Positions 25,650-38,772 of a stretch of 64,000 nucleotides of DNA are shown here, one piece after another. Location: NCBI GenBank assembly GCA_951406725.2, contig OX597821.1, positions 55,924,001-55,988,000 of the forward strand, given 5' to 3'. This stretch comes from Octopus vulgaris. Its lineage: Eukaryota. The translations under genes were made by a program, and so were the position numbers. The number at the start of each line of letters is the position of its first letter. Position 1 is the stretch's first letter. The notes beneath the pieces were generated by a model, which did not search any database, had not been told where the DNA came from, and was given only the letters and a program-made list of their open reading frames with translations.

Positions 25650-26068
25650 TGCACCTTACTGGCACTTGTGCATGTGCTAGTAGAGTGCCAAGAGCACCAT
25701 CTGAGCATGATCATTGCCAGAGCAGCCAACTGGCTTCCGTACCCGTGGCACGTAAAAGGGCACCATTCGAGCGTGATCATTATCAACGTCGCTTCACTGG
25801 CACCTGTGCCGGTGGCATGTGTAAAAAGATTCGAGCGAGGTCATTGCCAGTACAGCCTGACTGGCCCCTGTGCTGGTGGCACGTAAAAAGCAACCACTAT
25901 ACTCTCGGAGTGGTTGGCGTTAGGAAGGGCATCAAGCTGTAGAAACTCTGCCAGATCAAGATTGGAGCCTGGTGCAGCCATCTGGTTTGCCAGCCCTCAG
26001 TCAAAATCGTCCAACACATGCTAGCATGGAAAGCAGACATTAAACGATGTTGATGATGATGATGATGA
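25650..26068 (+). mobile_element. RTE 3'-UTR fragment
   Basis: gtggcacgtaaaa repeat units, then ggagtggttggcgttaggaagggcatc and a (GAT)n tail. Confidence 0.85.
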
Positions 26069-26400
26069 GAGGGTAAAAGAATAATAGGATAGAAATAGGT
26101 GTCTTGCTATAGAAGAGATACAAGGATAACCCATTTGGAGAAGGAAGAGAAAGATAGACTTAGAGAGAAATAAAAAGACTGAGAATGAGAGAAGGGGTGG
26201 GGGTATGTTAGTACAGCTACAAGTCTTCAGTTTCTTTAGGTTGTCTTTCTGATCTAGGATCTTATTAAGGGTTGCAGATGATGGCTGGTATACTGTAGTG
26301 AAGCTAATAAGCTAGTGCTAACATATTTTATGTAGTTAAAATCAAAAATATTATCAGAAATATCTACGCAGAGAATATTCATTCAATGATTAATATTATT

Positions 26401-26540
26401 TTAACCCTTCAGCATTTAAATCAGCCATATCCGGCCCAAACATTCTACCTGTTTTATGTTCAAACTGACCCAGTCTGGTCTCTCACATCAACCTTACAAT
26501 GTCATTCTAAAAATAAACTGATAAAGGTGTTTTTTTTCTA

Positions 26541-26595
<55 letters not shown>

Positions 26596-26648
26596 GCGAG
26601 TAAATAAGAATTGCATTTGACAAAGTAATCTGGATGATAAAGGGTTAA
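26401..26648. mobile_element. piggyBac-type MITE
   Basis: TTAA-CCCTT...AAGGG-TTAA termini. Related left end at 39467 (ttaaccatttagcattcaaaccggccatatcc) and related right end near 17620-17640. Confidence 0.75.
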
Positions 26649-27359
26649 TCATTTCAGCAAGTACAGGTAACAGCACTTAGGCATGTTTCAGCCTTATTAG
26701 TCCTTTACAGTGGAGTATTAGAGAACCACTAATTAGATGTACTACAAGAAGCAAAAGGTAGGCTTCAAAAAATGTTTACAGTACATCGTCTCTTTCTACA
26801 GTTCAGTGTAGGAAATGAGCTCCTTATAAGCTCCTTGTAATTTTCATGTTATGTCCAAAATTAGGGTTGTTATTAGCAAAAACTTGCAGATCTTCTCCTA
26901 TAAATGCCAACCTTTAGCGAAAGTCTTTGCAGTTAACTCACGTGTACATATTTTGGAATTTCAGTATTTTCATCTGTGTTCTCTGCTTGTTCTTATTCAA
27001 TAAACTTTCTCTATAGGACACAAGTAATTCAACCACACCGTTATCTATGACTTCTTCAAACTCTACATAATTCGGAAGTGTCGGAATATCTTTTTGAATT
27101 TAGATAAAGGAAGATAGATAGACAAACACAGACAGACTGACATAAATTATTATCAGACTAAGAGAACCATAATATGAAGCAATGTTCAGAATAATTAGTT
27201 ACCAAAGATGTCTCAACTGTTAATAAGATATAGAGCATCCCGGACTACTTTATCTTCATGATACAGTGTAATTTTGTAATTTGGCATTTATTTCCTCCCC
27301 AAACCTTGTTTAGCCCATTAGAGATCACGAATGTTTTATATCACAATAAATTTAAAGGG

Positions 27360-28300
27360 CAGACTTAAATTTTTTTTTTCTTTTTTGTTCACCATGTCCT
27401 TCAAAATGATGGTGGCATCTTTTTATGAAAAGAAGTTTTGAAAACTTACAATTTCTTTTTCACCTCACCGTTCTGGACTGATTTTGGCCAATTTTTTTAG
27501 TAGTACACATTTAAAAACCATGGGAGAAGCCACTTAGGTAAAACAAAAACAAATTTTGTAAATATTTTCAGACGAAAAAATGTGTGATTTAAGGGAGATT
27601 TGGCTGTTATTTCTAGTACATCCCATGACCACCTTCAATTCTTTTGTCATTCTCACATGTATTGATGTTCTTTAATATTTTTCTCCTCATAAACACATTT
27701 TAGGGTTTGATGATCCAGAAGTAACACGTGTGGCCCATTGCTGGGATAAAAGCAAAAAAAAAAATTTATAATTTAAATTTTTAACCCTGCCACCACTGAA
27801 CCAGAAAAGTACATTATTAAAATAAATCATCTTTTAAATACTTCTTTTTTAAATCAATTTAAAATGACCTTTTCAGACTCTCCAACACTTTAAAATTATA
27901 AACAGGAACAATGGAGTGGAGGCGAAAAATCACAAATTTTTAAATCTTTTCCTAGCATAAATGTGTTATTTATGGGGACAGAAATATTGAAAACCATCAA
28001 TACATGTGAGAGTGAGAAAGAAACAATTAAGGTGATTGTGGGAGAAGCTAGAAACAACAACCAAATCTCTCTTAAATCACATTTTTGTCTGAAAATAATT
28101 CCTTTTTTTTTTTTACCAAAACAGCTTCTCCCATGTCTTTTAAGAGTGTAGTACAACAAAAAACATTGGCCAAAATTGATCCAGAGGGTGGTGGGGGTAA
28201 AAAAAAAATCAAATTTTCAAAACTGCTTTTTATCATAAAAGAAATGCTCCTGTCCACCATTTCAAAGGACATAGTCAAAGGAGAAAAAAAAAAAGGAAAA
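27360..28300. repeat. Long degenerate inverted repeat (foldback-like element), arms ~330 bp
   Basis: ~27385-27700 is the diverged reverse complement of ~27960-28280 (e.g. atgtccttcaaaatg/catttcaaaggacat, catgggagaagc/gcttctcccatg, ctcacatgtattgatg/catcaatacatgtgag). Confidence 0.85.
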
Positions 28301-28939
28301 ATTCACTTTTCTCCCATGAAAACACTCTTTTGTAGCAAGAGATAAATTTCCTATAACCCCACTAATGACAGCCAGCAGGAAGGTTTTCTCATAGAAATTT
28401 TACTGCCATCTAAAATGGAATACTTTAGGAAATATAATCTTAGATACTTCTGTCAGACAGTCAGGTGCCTTTGATTTTAAGATCTACTCAATTAGGAGTG
28501 GTCTGAATTTGAACAACAATGATATTGCTAAAAATAGCACAGTTTAAGTAAAAGGTGTCAACAGAAGATTAGAATATATTTCCTTGTTGTTATTTAGTTC
28601 CTACCCAACAAAGCCATGTCAAAAAGAATTCCAGCTTTTACTGTTCCACTTTTTTGTATTTAAGCAAAACTAATGGGGTGAGAGTTTTAAGGGACAAAGC
28701 AACTATTACTAGCAGAATGATCCCCTCTGTTTGCTTGACAAGAGTTTTTTTTCAAATTTTCTCAGAGACACAAAAATTAATAATGGAAACTATCTTGAAC
28801 AAGGAAGTTTTTTCAGGTTCTTTAAATGTGACAAGAAAAATTGTATATGTGTGAGTGTGTGTATTTATATTTTGGCAGAATCATCAAAGCATTGGAAAAA
28901 TATGCCTTGCAATATTTCTTCCAGTTCTTTACTTTCACA

Positions 28940-29350
28940 GGCACAGGAGTGGCTGTGTGGTAAATAGCTTGCTTACTGACCACATGGTTCCAGGTTCAGT
29001 CCCACTGTGGGCACCATGGGTTAAGTGTTTTCAATAATATCCTTGGGCCAAGCAAAGCCTTGTGAGTGGATTTGACAGACAGAAACTGAAAGAAGCCCAT
29101 ATGTATATATATATGAGTATATATATATGTGTGTGTGTGTGTGTCTGTGTGTCTGTGTTTGTCCCCTGCCACCACCATTGCTTGACAGTCTATGTTGGTG
29201 TGTTTACGTCCCTGTAACTTAGTGGCTTGGCAAAAGTGACTGATAGAATAAGTAGTAGGCTTACAAAGAATAAGTCCTGGGGTCGATTTGCTTGACTAAA
29301 GGTAATGCTCCAGCATTGCCACAGTCAAATGACTGAAACAAATAAAAGAA
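28940..29350 (+). mobile_element. tRNA-derived SINE (family A)
   Basis: ggcacaggagtggctgtgtggtaa...ggttcagtcccac head, internal (TA/TG)n, tail gtcaaatgactgaaac. Confidence 0.85.
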
Positions 29351-29559
29351 TATGTAATGTTTGTTGCCACTTCAACATGTATGTTCCATACGGAACTACG
29401 TTACTACCAACTTTTTAACCCCAGGAGGCTCCTGAGGTAAGAAGAATGGTAGTAATGTATTTCCAAGAGGCTCCTAAGGTTACAGAAAATGATAGAAACA
29501 TAGTTCCGTACAGAACGGTGGTTGTCAAGTGATAGTGGGGGAAGGGGGTAGGACAAACA

Positions 29560-29975
29560 TAAACACACACACACATGAATAAAATATATACATACATATA
29601 TATATATATACAGACACCTTTCAGTTTCCGTGCACCAAATACTCTCCCAAGGCTTTGAGCAGTCCGAGGCTACTGTAGAAGACATTTGCCCAAGGTGCTA
29701 CAGGGTGGGACTGAACTTGGAACCATGTGATTGGGAAGCAAGCTTCTTAACACCCAGCCACATCTATTTATATCTCATCTTTTATTTCTTTCAGTCATTA
29801 GACTGCAGCTATGATGGATGCACCGCTTTGAATTCTTTTAGTAGAATGAATTGACCCTAGAACTTGTTTTATCTTTAAGCCTGGTACTTATTCTATCAGT
29901 CTCTTTGTCCGAACCACTAAGTTACGGGGACGCAAACACAACAACACTGGTTGACAAGCGGTGATGCGGAGACAA

Positions 29976-30006
<31 letters not shown>

Positions 30007-30160
30007 CAATGGGCTTCTTTCAGTCTCCATCTACCTAATCCTCTCACCTGACTTTGCTCAGCCTGAGGTTATAGAACAAGACATTTGCACAAGATGGCAT
30101 ACAGTGGGACTGAACCCAGAACCATGTGATTGGGAAACAAGCTTCTTACCATAAAGCCAT
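29560..30160 (-). mobile_element. Two family A SINE copies in reverse orientation
   Basis: tttcagtttcc...gtgggactgaac..gaaccatgtg blocks at 29620-29760 and 30010-30160. Confidence 0.8.
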
Positions 30161-30849
30161 ACATATATGTTTGTTTGTGTGTGTGTTACAATTAAAGTTT
30201 AGATTTGAAATTTAACATTTAGCATCCAAACTGTATTTTGAGTATGTCCCTAGTAGTGTGCCAGCAGAGCACATTCACCTGTTATGTTACCTGGTGTCAT
30301 CCACAGTAAATGCACATTCATCGTTAGCTCTACATTAGGAATCTTTCACTGCTTGTTGAGTATATTCTAAATGATTTATACAGAAGACAACGTATGCTGG
30401 AAACTTTATATATCACAACAATCATTTCATCGTAATTCCGCATTGCTCCTTATTGGGTGGGGAACAGTATAATGAATTCCAATGCACCCCACAGTGCAGA
30501 AATGCTTCATCAGGTGATATAACAGGATTCCAAGTTACATAAGTGACATTTCATTCATAGGCTTAGCTAGATGATGTTGGCAGCAGAAGACACTTGCCCA
30601 AGGTGCCACACAGTAGGAACAAATGCAAGGCCATGTGGTTGGAAACAATGTTTCCTGGGGCTAAATAGCAGTAGCATTCTTCCCTTTCCTAGGACTGCCA
30701 CATTAAATTGACCACAAGCCATCACTATATATGTGTATATATATATATATATAAATATTGTTTAAAGGATCATGGGTAGGGCCAAAACAATGTGAAGTAA
30801 ATGCAAGGTAAATCACAAGAAAACAAATATGTGAATTAATGTAGAGTTA

Positions 30850-32060
30850 CCCTGTATTCAATATTTTGGGATTATGACCCCATTTTCAAGAAATTGATGA
30901 GTGTTGTCAATGTGCGTGTGTGCGAGCATGTGTAGAGTGGACATGTGCAGAAAGGTGTTGCTATAACAACCAGCTATCTTCCTATAACTCTTTTCTATTG
31001 TTGATCTTAGGTTTCTTTTGGTGTATGAGGATGGCCTCAGAGATTCTTAGGTTGCCCCTGTTCTGCTGTGTTGCCTTGATGTACACTGTGAATTCCCGGA
31101 TCTAGCATTCCCGTAGATGTTTCTTCATGGAAGTGTCTGTCTGCATGTGTTCCTTAATGCGTATATGCAGTTTTCTTGTCGTGCTTCCCATGTAGGATAC
31201 AGCACATTTGCCACAGATGGTCTCATATACAACATAGGTCCTCTGGCACAATTCAGGGTCATTGATGGGGCAGTTCGATAATATGCACTCCTCGGAGAAG
31301 TGAGAGATGTTGTTCTTGGACAGACCTTTTCTCAGGGAAGGGCCAGTGTGCACTATCTGTATGCATATCTGTATGCCCTTCTCTGCGAACTGTGTGTTGT
31401 ATCACTGCAGTAGTTCTGTCATCAAAGTGTGGTAGCTTTAGGAAGCAAGTGCCAGACTTGGGAGTATGATGGTTCTTCCAGAGTTTATTGAACTTGATGT
31501 TCTTTAGGCACCATTGTTTAGCTAAAAATGGTGGGTATCCATCCAGCAGTAGGCCTCTGAGGAACTGTTTGGAGTTGACAGTTTTGTCCGTCACATTGCT
31601 GCAATTGTTGTCTATACGTGCAATCTTGTTTCTCATGTATGCAGCTTTAACTCTGATGGGTAAGGCTGATTGGTGGTGGACGAAAAGTTTTCTATTAGCA
31701 GCTTTTCTGTAGAATTTGGTAAATATGGAACCTTCCTCTGTGTTCTTGAGTTGAAAGTTGAGTGGAGAGAGGGTTCCGGATTCTTCTGGATGTTCAATCT
31801 TGAATTTGATGTTCATTTCAGTGTTATTGAAAGTCTGGTGTATGTTAATGGCCTCATCCCTGGAGGATGTGATGATAAGAATGTCATCAACGTACCTGGA
31901 GAAGATGCATGAGCAGTAGGTGTTGAGTGCTGTGCATTCTAGCTTATCCATGTACATGATGGCCAGCAGGCCTGAAAGGCTAGATCCCATAGGTAGGCCA
32001 GAAGTCTTCGTAAATCACACCATTATATTGGAAGTAGGTGTTACCAACTACAATGGTAAC
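30850..32060 (-). mobile_element. Penelope-like retroelement relic (RT + GIY-YIG)
   Basis: MGSSLSGLLAIMYMDKLE...RYVDDIL and TKFYRK (PLE RT), followed by YVVYETICGKCAVSYMGSTTRKLHIRIKEH (GIY-YIG); frameshifted. Confidence 0.9.
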
Positions 32061-32932
32061 TCTTGTATGTCCAAGGGTGAGAGGCCGAAGAGCTGGAGGT
32101 TGATGGATGGGGAGGTGAGAGGAGATGAAGGGGAAGATGGGTGAAGGAGGTTGCAGGGGAGGAAGTTGGAGGAGGAGCAAGGAGATATGGGGGAGATAAG
32201 GACATGATGTTGTCTATGAGGATATCAACAGCTGAGAGAGCAGGTGTAGAGGTGTGGAGGGAAACTCATCCTTTCTGGTTTTCTCTCCCACCCTTCCCTA
32301 TTCTTCTCCTCTCCTTTTCACCGTTCCTCCTTGACTCTCTCGTCACTGACACATGATGAAAGGGAATCTATCTTTCTGTCCATTTCCTTCCTAATGACAA
32401 GACGTGCTTATACCTGTCTCCTCTCATGTATGTATGTATGTATATATATGTGTGTTTGTGAGAGTGTGTGTGTGTGTTTGTACCCACACCATTGCTTGAC
32501 AACCGATGTTGCTGTGTTTAAGTCCCCATAACTCAGCCATTTGGCAAAACACACTGATAGATTGCTTCCCAATCACATTTCCAGGTGCAGTCCCACTACA
32601 TGGCATCTCTGGCAAGTGTCTTCTATTATAGCCTCGGGCTGACCAAAGCCTTGTGAGTTGATTTGGTAGACAGAAACTGAAAGAAGCCTGTCATATATAT
32701 ATGTATATATCTATGTGTGTGTAACTTTCTGTGTTTGTTCACTCATCATTGGTTGACAACCAGTGTTAGTGTGTTTATGTCCCCGTAACTTAGTGATTCA
32801 GCAAAAGACACTGATAGAATAAATACTAGGCTTATAAAATAGTCCTGGGGTTGATTTGTTCAACTAAAACCACTCAAGGTGGTGCTCCAGCATAGCCACA
32901 GTCAAATGACTAAACAAGTAAAACAATAAAAT

Positions 32933-34618
32933 GTTGGGTTGAGGAATAATTCATGACATTTTTTTTCTTTCAAATCTAAAAATGCACGAAGAAATAAAAC
33001 ACATTGGCAAAATGCTTTATGTTACTTAAAGAGAATTTTTGCCCTACAAGATAGTATGTTTTTTTTTTATTTTAATTTTATTGATTTTTGTGTATTTTCA
33101 GATCATTAGGCGCAGGAGTGGCTGTGTGGTAAGTAGCTTGCTAACCAACCACATGGTTCCAGGTTCAGTCCCACTGCGTGGCATCTTGGGCAAGTGTCTT
33201 CTGCTATAGCCCCGGGCCGACCAATGCCTTGTGAGTGGATTTGGTAGACGGAAACTGAAAGAAGCCTGTCGTATATATGTATATATATATATATATGTAT
33301 GTGTGTGTATATGTTTATGTGTCTGTGTTTGTCCCCCTAGCATCGCTTGACAACCGATGCTGGTGTGTTTACATCCCCATCGCTTAGTGGTTCGGCAAAA
33401 GAGACCGATAGAATAAGTACTGGGCTTACAAAGAATAAGTCCCGGGGTCGAGTTGCTCGACTAAAGGCAGTGCTCCAGCATGGCCACAGTCAAATGACTG
33501 AAAAGAGTAAAAGAGTATTAAAATAGAATATCAAGAGGACAAAACAGAGCATTTTTGACACCATTTGCTTTTAGCATTTAATCAAGGTGTTAAAGCCACC
33601 AAAGCTGCTTGTGAGATTTGTGCAGTGTATGGAGAAGGAGCAATGTCTCAAAGTACTGCCCGTCATTAGTTTCCGCACTTCAAAAATGGGAATTTTGACC
33701 TCAAGGATGGATCACACACTGGTCAACAAAATTGAGTTCAATGAAGAGTAATCGAATCAACTTTTTCACAAAAATCCACGTCAAATGACCAGAGAATTGG
33801 TGAAACAGATGGATTGTGATAAAAAAACTGTGGTAAACCACCTACACTCAGTGGGCAAGATTCAGAAACTAGGCACTTGGATGCCACCACTTCACAATCA
33901 CCACCAGTTTGCTTGCTCAACATCGCTCAACACATGGTCACAAACAGCATATTCTTTACCACGTTGTCACTGGTGATGAAAAATGGTGCCTTTACGTCAA
34001 TATGAAGAAGCAAAAAGAATGGCTCAACCCCAACAAACAAATGACTCCGCGAGAAAAACAAGTCCTTCATCCTTGATAGACCACATTGTGTGTAAGTTGG
34101 GGCTGGGAAAGCATAATTCATTACAAACTGCCTGAGCACAACCAAACATTCAATGCAGAGCTCTACATTCAACAAATGCACCAACTCAATGAAGCAACTC
34201 AGCAAAAAAAGACCGAGCAGGCAAAATGGCGTTCTTCTGCAACACAACACTGCCCATCCTCACATCATTAATATGACCAAAGCCGCAATTCAAGAACTTG
34301 AATGGGAAGTGCTGCCTTATCCTCCATACTCTCTAGACTTGGCACTGTCAGATTTTCATCTCTTTCAATCGCTTTTGAATGCTTTGCACAGTGTATCATT
34401 CAATAATGACATGGAATTGAAGGCTTGGTGGGACGAATTCTTTGAGTCAAAACCGGAAGATTTCTATCCCTAAAGCATCGAAAAACTTACTGAACAATAG
34501 GAAGAAGTCATAAACAACAATGGTGAGTATATCATTGATTAATTTGTAGCTTTTTTTTTTTGTTAAAAATAAATTTGAAAAGAAAAAAACCCGCTCATGA
34601 ATTATTCCTCAACTTCAG
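32933..34618 (+). mobile_element. Full-length decayed mariner interrupted by a SINE
   Basis: TIRs gttgggttgaggaataattcatga / tcatgaattattcctcaacttcag. Motifs VTGDEKW, LQHNTAHPH and YPPYSLDLALSDFHLF. Confidence 0.92.
33109..33517 (+). mobile_element. Young family A SINE inserted in the mariner
   Basis: Near-identical to the minus-strand copy at 44438-44882. Confidence 0.92.
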
Positions 34619-34820
34619 TATATACACATAAGTACGTGTGTTTATGTGTGTAATTTTTTGGACAAATGGATCTATGTCAATTAGTGTGTTGAATAAAGCA
34701 CATTCACAGTTTGGGCTACCTGGTATCATCCACGATTGGAGTATATTTCCACTGGATCTATTTCAGATATTCCGCAAAAGTTAACTGAGAGAGTCATATG
34801 GGAACAGAAGATAGATTTGG

Positions 34821-35074
34821 TATTCAGTACGACGATCGTTTTGACTCTTTGTTACGCGTAGGATTTTGTGCATCTAACTGTGCTGCATCAATCAGTGGAG
34901 TTTGTGTTACATCAGGTGCATGCGTAAAGAAGTGGGTGTTCCGCTTACTTAGATGTCCTGTTGCATCTAGGTTATGATACAAACTGCACTGACTGGTGCA
35001 ACACAATTAGATGCACAAAATTCTACTCATAACAGACAGTTACAGGACGAGTCAAAACGACAGCTGTACTGAAT
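34821..35074. repeat. Imperfect palindrome / MITE-like hairpin
   Basis: Arms tattcagtac..cgttttgactc..ttttgtgcatctaa.tgtg.tgca.ca.tcagtg versus cactga.tg.tgca.caca.ttagatgcacaaaa..gagtcaaaacg..gtactgaata. Confidence 0.8.
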
Positions 35075-35634
35075 AAAGACTAGTCCTAAATCTTTCATTT
35101 CTTTCATTATTATTATATATATAAGTAATATCATCATCATCGTTTAACGTCCGCTTTCCATGCTAGCATGTGTTGGACGGTTCAACTGGGGTCTGGGAAG
35201 TCCAAAGGCTGCACCAGGCCAGTCAGATCTGGCAGTGTTTCTACAGCTTGATGCCCTTCCTAACGCCAACCACTCCGTGAGTGTAGTGGGTGCTTTTTAT
35301 GTGCCACCAACACAGGTGCCAGACAAGGCTGGCGAACGACCACGCTCAGATGGTGCTTTTTATGTGCCACCGGTACGGAGGCCAGTCGATGCAGTGCTGG
35401 CTACGGCCACGTTCGGATGGTTCTCTTATGTGCCACCGGCACTAGTACCACAACTACAAATTCCATTGATGTTGATAGAGTTAGATAAGGCCGGTTTATG
35501 ATCACCCTGAGTTTCACGTCCATAAAGCATTTAGCTTAACGGCGCAGATCCCAAAGGCCTTATCTAACTTTATTGATATTATATACTGCTCTTTAACTTA
35601 GAGTGTGCTTCTTTTTCAGATTTATGCTTTACCG

Positions 35635-35668
<34 letters not shown>

Positions 35669-35671
<3 letters not shown>

Positions 35672-37125
35672 TCATAATCATCATCGTTTAACGTCCGCTT
35701 TTCATGCTGGCATGGGTTGGACGATTTGACTGAGTGCTGGCAAACCATATGGCTGCACCAGACTTCAATCTTAATCTGGCAGAGTTTCTACAGCTGGATG
35801 CCCTTCCTAACAGCAACCACTCTGAGAGTGTAGTGGGTGCTTTTAAGTGACACCGGCACGGGGCCAGTCAGGCAGTACCGGCAACGACCTTGCTCAAATC
35901 TTTTACACATGCCACCGGCACAGGTGCCAGTAAGGCGATGCTGGTAATGATCACGCTCGAATGGTGTCTTTTACGTGCCACCGGCACGGAGGCCAAATAG
36001 CCGCTCTGGCAACGATCACGCTCAGATAGTGTTCTTAATACCCTACTAGTATGGGGCTTGAGTGCCAGTAAGGCGACACTGGTAACAATCACACTTGAAT
36101 GGTGACTTTTAAGTGACACTGGCACGGAAGCCAGTTAGCCACTTTATCAATGATCACACTCATACGGTGCTCTTTGCATCCCGCTAGCACGGACGCCAGT
36201 CATCAAATTTGATTTTGATTACACTTGCCCCAACAGGTCTTCGCAAGCAGAGTTTTAGTGTCCAAAGAAGAAAAGGTATGCATAAGTGGGCTGGTTACGC
36301 CCCTAGCATAGGCCACGAGATTATGGTCTCATTTGGCTTGCTGGGTCTTCTCACGCACGGCATATTTCCAAAAGTCTCGGTCACTAGTGATTTCCTTGGT
36401 GAGGCCTAAAGTTCGAAGGTCGTGCTTCACCACTTCATCTCAGGTCTTCCTGGGTCTACCTCTTCCCTCAACTGCTAGGGTGTGGCACTTTTTCACACAG
36501 CTATCCTCATCAATTCTTGCCACATGACCATACCAGCACAGTCGTCTCTCTTGCACACATCTGATGCTTCTTAGATCCAACATTTCTCTCAAGGTACTTA
36601 CACTCTGTCGAGTATGCACACTGACATTACACATCCATCGGAGCATACTGGCTTCATTCGTTGTGAGCTTACGCATGTCCTCAGCAGTCACAGACTATGT
36701 TTCACTGCCATGTAGCATGGCTGTTCGTACACATGCGTTGTACAGTCTACCTATTACTTTGAGCAAGGGGCCCTTTGTCCCAGGCTATTCTTATTCTAGC
36801 AGCTACACTTTCAGCGCACCCTCACCCGCTACTGACATGGTCACCTAGGTAATGGAAGCTATCAACTACTTCTAGTTTTCCTCCCTGGAATGTGGCGGAA
36901 GTTGTTCTCTGCGCATTTTCAGTGTTTATTGCTCCCGAGCATCTGCCACATACAAAAACTATCTTCCCAGTTAGCCTTCCTTTGACATTACTGCACCTCT
37001 TATGTGTCCATAGTTTACACTGGGTACATCTACCTACACCTCTACTACAGATCGAGCAGGGCCATCTACCTGAAGGGATTTGTGGTTTGCCTGCCTTCCT
37101 ACTTATTAAGACTTTGGTTTTAGCT

Positions 37126-37128
<3 letters not shown>
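35669..37128 (-). mobile_element. RTE LINE 3' portion (PHD-like finger, C-terminus, 3' UTR)
   Basis: LAKTKVLISRK...WPCSIC...CTQCKLWTHKRC...VCGRC and ASMLRWMCNVSV, with a catcatcgtttaacgtcc tail. Confidence 0.92.
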
Positions 37129-37182
<54 letters not shown>

Positions 37183-38419
37183 ATAGATAGATAGATATGA
37201 ACAGAGAGAAATTCAACAGATGAGATCCAGAGATTCTAAATTTAGAAAACTAGTGCTTAAATGATTTTAAATATCACCCGAAACCTTCACCAAAGACAGT
37301 AGGTAACACCATGCCTTCTCCCCTTTATTTTTCTGTCTTTTGTACTCTGTGTAGGTTTGCTATGTTAATATATAATAAATATCTATATATTTATGCCTGA
37401 CTATTCATCGTCTAAAAATTTTCAGTCTTTGCTTTCTTTCTATTTACTTGAATAGATATTTTGTATATCAGATCCACGCAGCCTTAGTTGTTTATTCGCA
37501 TCATTGTCTCTATACATACATCTAGATCGATAGATATATACATGCACAACACAAGTGTGTCAAATGAAAACGTTTGAGATAAAACATTTGCAACTAAAGG
37601 TATTTTAACTGCAATAGCTAAACGGGGTCAACTGTATAATCGTCATATCCGTAGAAATAGTCAACAAATATTCCTTAAATATCATTCAGCCTAATTTATA
37701 TATGTATATAGTATATGTTAAGAAGAAAAGGGGATTTTAAAAGACATCGATAAAGCACTGAGTTTTAAAACAATTTAAATAACTATATCAAACAATCAGA
37801 TTCCAATAAATGCAAGTAGAATCCAAGGTAATTCCTCGTGTATAAGTAAGTAGACACAAATATTTTGAAGAATTGTGAAACATTCAAAGTTTTAGACAAC
37901 AAAAATAAGGGAAGAGAAAATCACATCTTTAGTCGTAAAATGCCTCTTTCTGTTATGTCAACATATTTAGATATCGAAAATATCACTGAAATTACGACGT
38001 TTTCGATGCGATCCAAAATAAAATTCAAAGATAACTAAGGAACTATATATATATATATTTATATATATTAGATAAACTAGACTAAAGATAAAAAGACGTG
38101 ACTGTCTTAGTCGGAATGCATCTTGGTTGTAGATCTTAATCAATCAAGGTTGACTGATGGTTAAACAACAACTAATTTGGTCAATAAATTTAAACTAGTA
38201 ATTAAAATACTACATAATAGCAATGAGTTGTACAGAAGTTATATGTGTAAATTGCTCAAACATTTCCATATAAAGAAAACTGCTTAGTAGAAAGCCAACA
38301 ACCTCCGCTGGTTGTTTAACTATGAAATCTGTTGATCGACTGCGTCTTAAGTGACGACAATAGTTCGAGGGGAGATATTTGCTTAGTAAATATTAATTAT
38401 AAACCTATAAATAACTTGC

Positions 38420-38479
38420 CTTGGTGGGAGGTTGATCTCTGTCTTTTTTTCGTTCGTCTATACACTTCTTCTCCACCAT
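38420..38479 (-). CDS. UPF3: UPF3 coding exon 1 (MVEKKCIDERKKDRDQPPTK)
   Basis: AAAATGG start context. Ends AAG|GCAAGT (GC donor) in phase 0, joining VVIRRLPP at the same position as the vertebrate K|VVIRRLPP intron. Lies in a locally CpG-richer region. Confidence 0.8.
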
Positions 38480-38772
38480 TTTCGATTGTTTATGTTCACA
38501 CTTAGAGTCCTGACTCGATCTACGTATTCTGGCCGTCATTTGTAAATCATACTTTAGGAGATACGGGCAGGAACACGCAGCACAAATATTTTTCATTTCA
38601 AAATTCACAAGCGAAATATTAAAGAAAAATTTTTAGATTAAAAATCATTAGAATATATATTGTATATAACAATGATATCTATATGAAATATTTTTAAAAC
38701 TTGTTTGTGAAATTAAAATATACTTCAACCCGAACGACCGGAAGTTTTGTCTGGCTAAGGTCACCGCTGTGG
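38480..38772. promoter_or_regulatory. Putative bidirectional promoter for UPF3/NDUFA1, including a short non-coding NDUFA1 exon 1 ending at 38772
   Basis: ETS/GABP-type ACCGGAAGT at 38737-38745, YY1-like CAAATGACGGCC on the minus strand near 38531-38542, plus-strand donor TGG|GTATGT at 38773, and local CpG enrichment. Confidence 0.6.

Noticed and set aside
26770-27080. Similarity with ~49975-50260 suggesting a duplicated exon
   Set aside because: Diverged, no open frame or splice signals, and adjacent to a Tigger/pogo-like end at ~49558; most likely a dispersed DNA-transposon relic.
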